The position numbers and the translations under genes were made by a program. Under the pieces are notes generated by a model. It had not been told where the DNA came from, made no database searches, and was given only the letters and a program-made list of their open reading frames with translations. Shown here piece after piece: positions 27,200 to 39,100 of a stretch of 64,000 nucleotides of DNA (within the stretch, counting starts at the first letter, position 1; the number at the start of each line of letters is the position of its first letter). This stretch comes from the human T2T-CHM13v2.0 reference genome, Homo sapiens, in assembly GCF_009914755.1 (NCBI RefSeq), contig NC_060931.1; one strand, written 5' to 3'.

Positions 27200-30100
27200 T
27201 CAACTCACAGAGTGGAACGTCCCTTTGCACAGAGCAGATTTGAAACACTCTTTTTGTGGAGTTTGCCAGTGGAGATTTCAAGCGATTTGATGCCAACAGT
27301 AGAAAAGGAAATATCTTCAAATAAAAACTAGACAGAATCATTCTCAGAAACTACTTTGTGATGTGTGCCTTCAACTCACAGAGTTCAACCTTTCTTTTCT
27401 TAGAGCAGTTTAGAAACACTCTGCTTGTTATGTCTGCAAGTGGATATTTGGACCTCTTTGAGGCCTTCGTTGCAAACGGGGTTTCTTCCTTTCATGCTAG
27501 ACTAAGAAGAGTTCTCAGTAACTTTTTTGTGTTGTGTGTATTCAACTCACAGAGTTGAACCTTGCTTTAGAGAGAGCAGATTTGAAACACTCTTGTTGTG
27601 GCATTTTCAGGTGGAGATTTCAAGCGATTTGAGGACAATTGCAGAAAAGGAAATATCTTCGTATAATAACCAGACAGAATCATTCTCAGAAAGTGCTTTG
27701 TGATGTGTGCGTTCAACTCACAGAGTTTAACCTTTCTTTTCATAGAGGAGTTTGGAAACACACTGTTTGTAAAGTCTGCAAGTGGATACATGGACCTGTT
27801 TGAGGCCTTCGTTGGAAACGGGATTTCTTCATTGAATGCTAGACGGAAGAATTCTCAGTAAATTCTTTGTGTTGTGTGCATTCAACTCACAGAGTGGAAC
27901 GTCCCTTTAGACAGAGCAGATTTGAAACACTCTTTTTGCGGAATTTGCAAGTGGAGATTTCTAGCCATTTGATGCCAACAGTAGAAAGGGAAATATCTTC
28001 AAATAAAAACCAGACAGAATCATTCTCAGAAAATTCTTTGTGATGTGTGCGTTCAACTCACATAGTTTAACCTTTCTTTTCATAGAGCAGTTTGGAAACA
28101 CTCTGTTTGTAAAGTCTGCAAGTGGATATATGGACCGCATTGAGGCCTTCGTTGGAAACGGGATTTCTTCATTTCATGCTAGACAGAAGAATTCTCAGTA
28201 ACTTCTTTGTGCTGTGTGTATTCAACTCACAGAGTGGAACGTCCCTTTGCACAGAGCAGATTTGAAACACTCTTTTTGTGGAGTTTGCAAGTGGAGATTT
28301 CAAGCGATTTGATGCCAACAGTAGAAAAGGAAATATCTTCAAATAAAAACTAGACAGAATCATTCTCAGAAACTACTTTGTGATGTGTGCCTTCAACTCA
28401 CAGAGTTCAACCTTTCTTTTCTTAGAGCAGTTTAGAAACACTCTGCTTGTTATGTCTGCAAGTGGATATTTGGACCTCTTTGAGGCCTTCGTTGCAAACG
28501 GGGTTTCTTCCTTTCATGCTAGACTAAGAAGAGTTCTCAGTAACTTTTTTGTGTTGTGTGTATTCAACTCACAGTGTTGAACCTTGCTTTAGAGAGAGCA
28601 GATTTGAAACACTCTTGCTGTGGCATTTTCAGGTGGAGATTTCAAGCGATTTGAGGACAATTGCAGAAAAGGAAATATCTTCGTATAATAACCAGACAGA
28701 ATCATTCTCAGAAAGTGCTTTGTGATGTGTGCGTTCAACTCACAGAGTTTAACCTTTCTTTTCATAGAGGAGTTTGGAAACACACTGTTTGTAAAGTCTG
28801 CAAGTGGATATATGGACCTGTTTGAGGCCTTCGTTGGAAACGGGATTTCTTCATTGAATGCTAGACGGAAGAATTCTCAGTAAATTCTTTGTGTTGTGTG
28901 CATTCAACTCACAGAGTGGAACGTCCCTTTAGACAGAGCAGATTTGAAACCCTCTTTTTGCGGAATTTGCAAGTGGAGATTTCTAGCCATTTGATGCCAA
29001 CAGTAGAAAGGGAAATATCTTCAAATAAAAACCAGACAGAATCATTCTCAGAAAATTCTTTGTGATGTGTGCGTTCAACTCACATAGTTTAACCTTTCTT
29101 TTCATAGAGCAGTTTGGAAACACTCTGTTTGTAAAGTCTGCAAGTGGATATATGGACCGCATTGAGGCCTTCGTTGGAAACGGGATTTCTTCATTTCATG
29201 CTAGACAGAAGAATTCTCAGTAACTTCTTTGTGCTGTGTGTATTCAACTCACAGAGTGGAACGTCCCTTTGCACAGAGCAGATTTGAAACACTCTTTTTG
29301 TGGAGTTTGCAAGTGGAGATTTCAAGCGATTTCATGCCAACAGTAGAAAAGGAAATATCTTCAAATAAAAACTAGACAGAATCATTCTCAGAAACTACTT
29401 TGTGATGTGTGCCTTCAACTCACAGAGTTCAACCTTTCTTTTCTTAGAGCAGTTTAGAAACACTCTGCTTGTTATGTCTGCAAGTGGATATTTGGACCTC
29501 TTTGAGGCCTTCGTTGCAAACGGGGTTTCTTCCTTTCATGCTAGACTAAGAAGAGTTCTCAGTAACTTTTTTGTGTTGTGTGTATTCAACTCACAGAGTT
29601 GAACCTTGCTTTAGAGAGAGCAGATTTGAAACACTCTTGCTGTGGCATTTTCAGGTGGAGATTTCAAGCGATTTGAGGACAATTGCAGAAAAGGAAATAT
29701 CTTCGTATAATAACCAGACAGAATCATTCTCAGAAAGTGCTTTGTGATGTGTGCGTTCAACTCACAGAGTTTAACCTTTCTTTTCATAGAGGAGTTTGGA
29801 AACACACTGTTTGTAAAGTCTGCAAGTGGATATATGGACCTGTTTGAGGCCTTCGTTGGAAACGGGATTTCTTCATTGAATGCTAGACGGAAGAATTCTC
29901 AGTAAATTCTTTGTGTTGTGTGCATTCAACTCACAGAGTGGAACGTCCCTTTAGACAGAGCAGATTTGAAACACTCTTTTTGCGGAATTTGCAAGTGGAG
30001 ATTTCTAGCCATTTGATGCCAACAGTAGAAAGGGAAATATCTTCAAATAAAAACCAGACAGAATCATTCTCAGAAAATACTTTGTGATATGTGCGTTCAA

Positions 30101-33100
30101 CTCACATAGTTTAACCTTTCTTTTCATAGAGCAGTTTGGAAACACTCTGTTTGTAAAGTCTGCAAGTGGATATAGGGACCGCATTGAGGCCTTCGTTGGA
30201 AACGGGATTTCTTCATTTCATGCTAGACAGAAGAATTCTCAGTAACTTCTTTGTGCTGTGTGTATTCAACTCACAGAGTGGAACGTCCCTTTGCACAGAG
30301 CAGATTTGAAACACTCTTTTTGTGGAGTTTGCCAGTGGAGATTTCAAGCGATTTGATGCCAACAGTAGAAAAGGAAATATCTTCAAATAAAAACTAGACA
30401 GAATCATTCTCAGAAACTACTTTGTGATGTGTGCCTTCAACTCACAGAGTTCAACCTTTCTTTTCTTAGAGCAGTTTAGAAACACTCTGCTTGTTATGTC
30501 TGCAAGTGGATATTTGGACCTCTTTGAGGCCTTCGTTGCAAACGGGGTTTCTTCCTTTCATGCTAGACTAAGAAGAGTTCTCAGTAACTTTTTTGTGTTG
30601 TGTGTATTCAACTCACAGAGTTGAACCTTGCTTTAGAGAGAGCAGATTTGAAACACTCTTGTTGTGGCATTTTCAGGTGGAGATTTCAAGCGATTTGAGG
30701 ACAATTGCAGAAAAGGAAATATCTTCGTATAATAACCAGACAGAATCATTCTCAGAAAGTGCTTTGTGATGTGTGCGTTCAACTCACAGAGTTTAACCTT
30801 TCTTTTCATAGAGGAGTTTGGAAACACACTGTTTGTAAAGTCTGCAAGTGGATACATGGACCTGTTTGAGGCCTTCGTTGGAAACGGGATTTCTTCATTG
30901 AATGCTAGACGGAAGAATTCTCAGTAAATTCTTTGTGTTGTGTGCATTCAACTCACAGAGTGGAACGTCCCTTTAGACAGAGCAGATTTGAAACACTCTT
31001 TTTGCGGAATTTGCAAGTGGAGATTTCTAGCCATTTGATGCCAACAGTAGAAAGGGAAATATCTTCAAATAAAAACCAGACAGAATCATTCTCAGAAAAT
31101 TCTTTGTGATGTGTGCGTTCAACTCACATAGTTTAACCTTTCTTTTCATAGAGCAGTTTGGAAACACTCTGTTTGTAAAGTCTGCAAGTGGATATATGGA
31201 CCGCATTGAGGCCTTCGTTGGAAACGGGATTTCTTCATTTCATGCTAGACAGAAGAATTCTCAGTAACTTCTTTGTGCTGTGTGTATTCAACTCACAGAG
31301 TGGAACGTCCCTTTGCACAGAGCAGATTTGAAACACTCTTTTTGTGGAGTTTGCAAGTGGAGATTTCAAGCGATTTGATGCCAACAGTAGAAAAGGAAAT
31401 ATCTTCAAATAAAAACTAGACAGAATCATTCTCAGAAACTACTTTGTGATGTGTGCCTTCAACTCACAGAGTTCAACCTTTCTTTTCTTAGAGCAGTTTA
31501 GAAACACTCTGCTTGTTATGTCTGCAAGTGGATATTTGGACCTCTTTGAGGCCTTCGTTGCAAACGGGGTTTCTTCCTTTCATGCTAGACTAAGAAGAGT
31601 TCTCAGTAACTTTTTTGTGTTGTGTGTATTCAACTCACAGAGTTGAACCTTGCTTTAGAGAGAGCAGATTTGAAACACTCTTGCTGTGGCATTTTCAGGT
31701 GGAGATTTCAAGCGATTTGAGGACAATTGCAGAAAAGGAAATATCTTCGTATAATAACCAGACAGAATCATTCTCAGAAAGTGCTTTGTGATGTGTGCGT
31801 TCAACTCACAGAGTTTAACCTTTCTTTTCATAGAGGAGTTTGGAAACACACTGTTTGTAAAGTCTGCAAGTGGATATATGGACCTGTTTGAGGCCTTCGT
31901 TGGAAACGGGATTTCTTCATTGAATGCTAGACGGAAGAATTCTCAGTAAATTCTTTGTGTTGTGTGCATTCAACTCACAGAGTGGAACGTCCCTTTAGAC
32001 AGAGCAGATTTGAAACACTCTTTTTGCGGAATTTGCAAGTGGAGATTTCTAGCCATTTGATGCCAACAGTAGAAAGGGAAATATCTTCAAATAAAAACCA
32101 GACAGAATCATTCTCAGAAAATTCTTTGTGATGTGTGCGTTCAACTCACATAGTTTAACCTTTCTTTTCATAGAGCAGTTTGGAAACACTCTGTTTGTAA
32201 AGTCTGCAAGTGGATATATGGACCGCATTGAGGCCTTCGTTGGAAACGGGATTTCTTCATTTCATGCTAGACAGAAGAATTCTCAGTAACTTCTTTATGC
32301 TGTGTGTATTCAACTCACAGAGTGGAACGTCCCTTTACACAGAGCAGATTTGAAACACTCTTTTTGTGGAGTTTGCAAGTGGAGATTTCAAGCGATTTGA
32401 TGCCAACAGTAGAAAAGGAAATATCTTCAAATAAAAACTAGACAGAATCATTCTCAGAAACTACTTTGTGATGTGTGCCTTCAACTCACAGAGTTTAACC
32501 TTTCTTTTCTTAGAGCAGTTTAGAAACACTCTGCTTGTTACGTCTGCAAGTGGATATTTGGACCTCTTTGAGGCCTTCGTTGCAAACGGGGTTTCTTCCT
32601 TTCATGCTAGACTAAGAAGAGTTCTCAGTAACTTTTTTGTGTTGTGTGTATTCAACTCACAGAGTTGAACCTTGCTTTAGAGAGAGCAGATTTGAAACAC
32701 TCTTGCTGTGGCATTTTCAGGTGGAGATTTCAAGCGATTTGAGGACAATTGCAGAAAAGGAAATATCTTCGTATAATAACCAGACAGAATCATTCTCAGA
32801 AAGTGCTTTGTGATGTGTGCGTTCAACTCACAGAGTTTAACCTTTCTTTTCATAGAGGAGTTTGGAAACACACTGTTTGTAAAGTCTGCAAGTGGATATA
32901 TGGACCTGTTTGAGGCCTTCGTTGGAAACGGGATTTCTTCATTGAATGCTAGACGGAAGAATTCTCAGTAAATTCTTTGTGTTGTGTGCATTCAACTCAC
33001 AGAGTGGAACGTCCCTTTAGACAGAGCAGATTTGAAACACTCTTTTTGCGGAATTTGCAAGTGGAGATTTCTAGCCATTTGATGCCAACAGTAGAAAGGG

Positions 33101-36100
33101 AAATATCTTCAAATAAAAAACAGACAGAATCATTCTCAGAAAATTCTTTGTGATGTGTGCGTTCAACTCACATAGTTTAACCTTTCTTTTCATAGAGCAG
33201 TTTGGAAACACTCTGTTTGTAAAGTCTGCAAGTGGATATATGGACCGCATTGAGGCCTTCGTTGGAAACGGGATTTCTTCATTTCATGCTAGACAGAAGA
33301 ATTCTCAGTAACTTCTTTGTGCTGTGTGTATTCAACTCACAGAGTGGAACGTCCCTTTGCACAGAGCAGATTTGAAACACTCTTTTTGTGGAGTTTGCAA
33401 GTGGAGATTTCAAGCGATTTGATGCCTACAGTAGAAAAGGAAATATCTTCAAATAAAAACTAGACAGAATCATTCTCAGAAACTACTTTGTGATGTGTGC
33501 CTTCAACTCACAGAGTTTAACCTTTCTTTTCTTAGAGCAGTTTAGAAACACTCTGCTTGTTATGTCTGCAAGTGGATATTTGGACCTCTTTGAGGCCTTC
33601 GTTGCAAACGGGGTTTCTTCCTTTCATGCTAGACTAAGAAGAGTTCTCAGTAACTTTTTTGTGTTGTGTGTATTCAACTCACAGAGTTGAACCCTGCTTT
33701 AGAGAGAGCAGATTTGAAACACTCTTGCTGTGGCATTTTCAGGTGGAGATTTCAAGCGATTTGAGGACAATTGCAGAAAAGGAAATATCTTCGTATAATA
33801 ACCAGACAGAATCATTCTCAGAAAGTGCTTTGTGATGTGTGCGTTCAACTCACAGAGTTTAACCTTTCTTTTCATAGAGGAGTTTGGAAACACACTGTTT
33901 GTAAAGTCTGCAAGTGGATATATGGACCTGTTTGAGGCCTTCGTTGGAAACGGGATTTCTTCATTGAATGCTAGACGGAAGAATTCTCAGTAAATTCTTT
34001 GTGTTGTGTGCATTCAACTCACAGAGTGGAACGTCCCTTTAGACAGAGCAGATTTGAAACCCTCTTTTTGCGGAATTTGCAAGTGGAGATTTCTAGCCAT
34101 TTGATGCCAACAGTAGAAAGGGAAATATCTTCAAATAAAAACCAGACAGAATCATTCTCAGAAAATTCTTTGTGATGTGTGCGTTCAACTCACATAGTTT
34201 AACCTTTCTTTTCATAGAGCAGTTTGGAAACACTCTGTTTGTAAAGTCTGCAAGTGGATATATGGACCGCATTGAGGCCTTCGTTGGAAACGGGATTTCT
34301 TCATTTCATGCTAGACAGAAGAATTCTCAGTAACTTCTTTGTGCTGTGTGTATTCAACTCACAGAGTGGAACGTCCCTTTGCACAGAGCAGATTTGAAAC
34401 ACTCTTTTTGTGGAGTTTGCAAGTGGAGATTTCAAGCGATTTGATGCCAACAGTAGAAAAGGAAATATCTTCAAATAAAAACTAGACAGAATCATTCTCA
34501 GAAACTACTTTGTGATGTGTGCCTTCAACTCACAGAGTTTAACCTTTCTTTTCTTAGAGCAGTTTAGAAACACTCTGCTTGTTACGTCTGCAAGTGGATA
34601 TTTGGACCTCTTTGAGGCCTTCGTTGCAAACGGGGTTTCTTCCTTTCATGCTAGACTAAGAAGAGTTCTCAGTAACTTTTTTGTGTTGTGTGTATTCAAC
34701 TCACAGAGTTGAACCTTGCTTTAGAGAGAGCAGATGTGAAACACTCTTGCTGTGGCATTTTCAGGTGGAGATTTCAAGCGATTTGAGGACAATTGCAGAA
34801 AAGGAAATATCTTCGTATAATAACCAGACAGAATCATTCTCAGAAAGTGCTTTGTGATGTGTGCGTTCAACTCACAGAGTTTAACCTTTCTTTTCATAGA
34901 GGAGTTTGGAAACACACTGTTTGTAAAGTCTGCAAGTGGATATATGGACCTGTTTGAGGCCTTCGTTGGAAACGGGATTTCTTCATTGAATGCTAGACGG
35001 AAGAATTCTCAGTAAATTCTTTGTGTTGTGTGCATTCAACTCACAGAGTGGAACGTCCCTTTAGACAGAGCAGATTTGAAACACTCTTTTTGCGGAATTT
35101 GCAAGTGGAGATTTCTAGCCATTTGATGCCAACAGTAGAAAGGGAAATATCTTCAAATAAAAACCAGACAGAATCATTCTCAGAAAATTCTTTGTGATGT
35201 GTGCGTTCAACTCACATAGTTTAACCTTTCTTTTCATAGAGCAGTTTGGAAACACTGTTTGTAAAGTCTGCAAGTGGATATATGGACCGCTTTGAGGCCT
35301 TCGTTGGAAACGGGATTTCTTCATTTCATGCTAGACAGAAGAATTCTCAGTAACTTCTTTGTGCTGTGTGTATTCAACTCACAGAGTGGAACGTCCCTTT
35401 GCACAGAGCAGATTTGAAACACTCTTTTTGTGGAGTTTGCCAGTGGAGATTTCAAGCGATTTGATGCCAACAGTAGAAAAGGAAATATCTTCAAATAAAA
35501 ACTAGACAGAATCATTCTCAGAAACTACTTTGTGATGTGTGCCTTCAACTCACAGAGTTCAACCTTTCTTTTCTTAGAGCAGTTTAGAAACACTCTGCTT
35601 GTTATGTCTGCAAGTGGATATTTGGACCTCTTTGAGGCCTTCGTTGCAAACGGGGTTTCTTCCTTTCATGCTAGACTAAGAAGAGTTCTCAGTAACTTTT
35701 TTGTGTTGTGTGTATTCAACTCACAGAGTTGAACCTTGCTTTAGAGAGAGCAGATTTGAAACACTCTTGTTGTGGCATTTTCAGGTGGAGATTTCAAGCG
35801 ATTTGAGGACAATTGCAGAAAAGGAAATATCTTCGTATAATAACCAGACAGAATCATTCTCAGAAAGTGCTTTGTGATGTGTGCGTTCAACTCACAGAGT
35901 TTAACCTTTCTTTTCATAGAGGAGTTTGGAAACACACTGTTTGTAAAGTCTGCAAGTGGATACATGGACCTGTTTGAGGCCTTCGTTGGAAACGGGATTT
36001 CTTCATTGAATGCTAGACGGAAGAATTCTCAGTAAATTCTTTGTGTTGTGTGCATTCAACTCACAGAGTGGAACGTCCCTTTAGACAGAGCAGATTTGAA

Positions 36101-39100
36101 ACACTCTTTTTGCGGAATTTGCAAGTGGAGATTTCTAGCCATTTGATGCCAACAGTAGAAAGGGAAATATCTTCAAATAAAAACCAGACAGAATCATTCT
36201 CAGAAAATTCTTTGTGATGTGTGCGTTCAACTCACATAGTTTAACCTTTCTTTTCATAGAGCAGTTTGGAAACACTCTGTTTGTAAAGTCTGCAAGTGGA
36301 TATATGGACCGCATTGAGGCCTTCGTTGGAAACGGGATTTCTTCATTTCATGCTAGACAGAAGAATTCTCAGTAACTTCTTTGTGCTGTGTGTATTCAAC
36401 TCACAGAGTGGAACGTCCCTTTGCACAGAGCAGATTTGAAACACTCTTTTTGTGGAGTTTGCAAGTGGAGATTTCAAGCGATTTGATGCCAACAGTAGAA
36501 AAGGAAATATCTTCAAATAAAAACTAGACAGAATCATTCTCAGAAACTACTTTGTGATGTGTGCCTTCAACTCACAGAGTTCAACCTTTCTTTTCTTAGA
36601 GCAGTTTAGAAACACTCTGCTTGTTATGTCTGCAAGTGGATATTTGGACCTCTTTGAGGCCTTCGTTGCAAACGGGGTTTCTTCCTTTCATGCTAGACTA
36701 AGAAGAGTTCTCAGTAACTTTTTTGTGTTGTGTGTATTCAACTCACAGAGTTGAACCTTGCTTTAGAGAGAGCAGATTTGAAACACTCTTGCTGTGGCAT
36801 TTTCAGGTGGAGATTTCAAGCGATTTGAGGACAATTGCAGAAAAGGAAATATCTTCGTATAATAACCAGACAGAATCATTCTCAGAAAGTGCTTTGTGAT
36901 GTGTGCGTTCAACTCACAGAGTTTAACCTTTCTTTTCATAGAGGAGTTTGGAAACACACTGTTTGTAAAGTCTGCAAGTGGATATATGGACCTGTTTGAG
37001 GCCTTCGTTGGAAACGGGATTTCTTCATTGAATGCTAGACGGAAGAATTCTCAGTAAATTCTTTGTGTTGTGTGCATTCAACTCACAGAGTGGAACGTCC
37101 CTTTAGACAGAGCAGATTTGAAACCCTCTTTTTGCGGAATTTGCAAGTGGAGATTTCTAGCCATTTGATGCCAACAGTAGAAAGGGAAATATCTTCAAAT
37201 AAAAACCAGACAGAATCATTCTCAGAAAATTCTTTGTGATGTGTGCGTTCAACTCACATAGTTTAACCTTTCTTTTCATAGAGCAGTTTGGAAACACTCT
37301 GTTTGTAAAGTCTGCAAGTGGATATATGGACCGCATTGAGGCCTTCGTTGGAAACGGGATTTCTTCATTTCATGCTAGACAGAAGAATTCTCAGTAACTT
37401 CTTTGTGCTGTGTGTATTCAACTCACAGAGTGGAACGTCCCTTTGCACAGAGCAGATTTGAAACACTCTTTTTGTGGAGTTTGCAAGTGGAGATTTCAAG
37501 CGATTTCATGCCAACAGTAGAAAAGGAAATATCTTCAAATAAAAACTAGACAGAATCATTCTCAGAAACTACTTTGTGATGTGTGCCTTCAACTCACAGA
37601 GTTCAACCTTTCTTTTCTTAGAGCAGTTTAGAAACACTCTGCTTGTTATGTCTGCAAGTGGATATTTGGACCTCTTTGAGGCCTTCGTTGCAAACGGGGT
37701 TTCTTCCTTTCATGCTAGACTAAGAAGAGTTCTCAGTAACTTTTTTGTGTTGTGTGTATTCAACTCACAGAGTTGAACCTTGCTTTAGAGAGAGCAGATT
37801 TGAAACACTCTTGCTGTGGCATTTTCAGGTGGAGATTTCAAGCGATTTGAGGACAATTGCAGAAAAGGAAATATCTTCGTATAATAACCAGACAGAATCA
37901 TTCTCAGAAAGTGCTTTGTGATGTGTGCGTTCAACTCACAGAGTTTAACCTTTCTTTTCATAGAGGAGTTTGGAAACACACTGTTTGTAAAGTCTGCAAG
38001 TGGATATATGGACCTGTTTGAGGCCTTCGTTGGAAACGGGATTTCTTCATTGAATGCTAGACGGAAGAATTCTCAGTAAATTCTTTGTGTTGTGTGCATT
38101 CAACTCACAGAGTGGAACGTCCCTTTAGACAGAGCAGATTTGAAACACTCTTTTTGCGGAATTTGCAAGTGGAGATTTCTAGCCATTTGATGCCAACAGT
38201 AGAAAGGGAAATATCTTCAAATAAAAACCAGACAGAATCATTCTCAGAAAATACTTTGTGATATGTGCGTTCAACTCACATAGTTTAACCTTTCTTTTCA
38301 TAGAGCAGTTTGGAAACACTCTGTTTGTAAAGTCTGCAAGTGGATATAGGGACCGCATTGAGGCCTTCGTTGGAAACGGGATTTCTTCATTTCATGCTAG
38401 ACAGAAGAATTCTCAGTAACTTCTTTGTGCTGTGTGTATTCAACTCACAGAGTGGAACGTCCCTTTGCACAGAGCAGATTTGAAACACTCTTTTTGTGGA
38501 GTTTGCCAGTGGAGATTTCAAGCGATTTGATGCCAACAGTAGAAAAGGAAATATCTTCAAATAAAAACTAGACAGAATCATTCTCAGAAACTACTTTGTG
38601 ATGTGTGCCTTCAACTCACAGAGTTCAACCTTTCTTTTCTTAGAGCAGTTTAGAAACACTCTGCTTGTTATGTCTGCAAGTGGATATTTGGACCTCTTTG
38701 AGGCCTTCGTTGCAAACGGGGTTTCTTCCTTTCATGCTAGACTAAGAAGAGTTCTCAGTAACTTTTTTGTGTTGTGTGTATTCAACTCACAGAGTTGAAC
38801 CTTGCTTTAGAGAGAGCAGATTTGAAACACTCTTGTTGTGGCATTTTCAGGTGGAGATTTCAAGCGATTTGAGGACAATTGCAGAAAAGGAAATATCTTC
38901 GTATAATAACCAGACAGAATCATTCTCAGAAAGTGCTTTGTGATGTGTGCGTTCAACTCACAGAGTTTAACCTTTCTTTTCATAGAGGAGTTTGGAAACA
39001 CACTGTTTGTAAAGTCTGCAAGTGGATACATGGACCTGTTTGAGGCCTTCGTTGGAAACGGGATTTCTTCATTGAATGCTAGACGGAAGAATTCTCAGTA

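Larger units (their letters stand above)
1..28600 (+). repeat. Tandem duplication of a 14-HOR block (period 14308 bp)
   Basis: Rare variants recur at +14308: GAGCGG (835/15143), box-3 GCTAA (10100/24408), ATCC (430, 4518, 7584 / 14738, 18826, 21892). The order of ORF variant types also repeats. Confidence 0.9.

Noticed and set aside
35115-35324. Distinct 69 aa ORF (also 44311-44520 and 52485-52694)
   Set aside because: Created by the frameshift from the 2 bp deletion. It is not an inserted gene.
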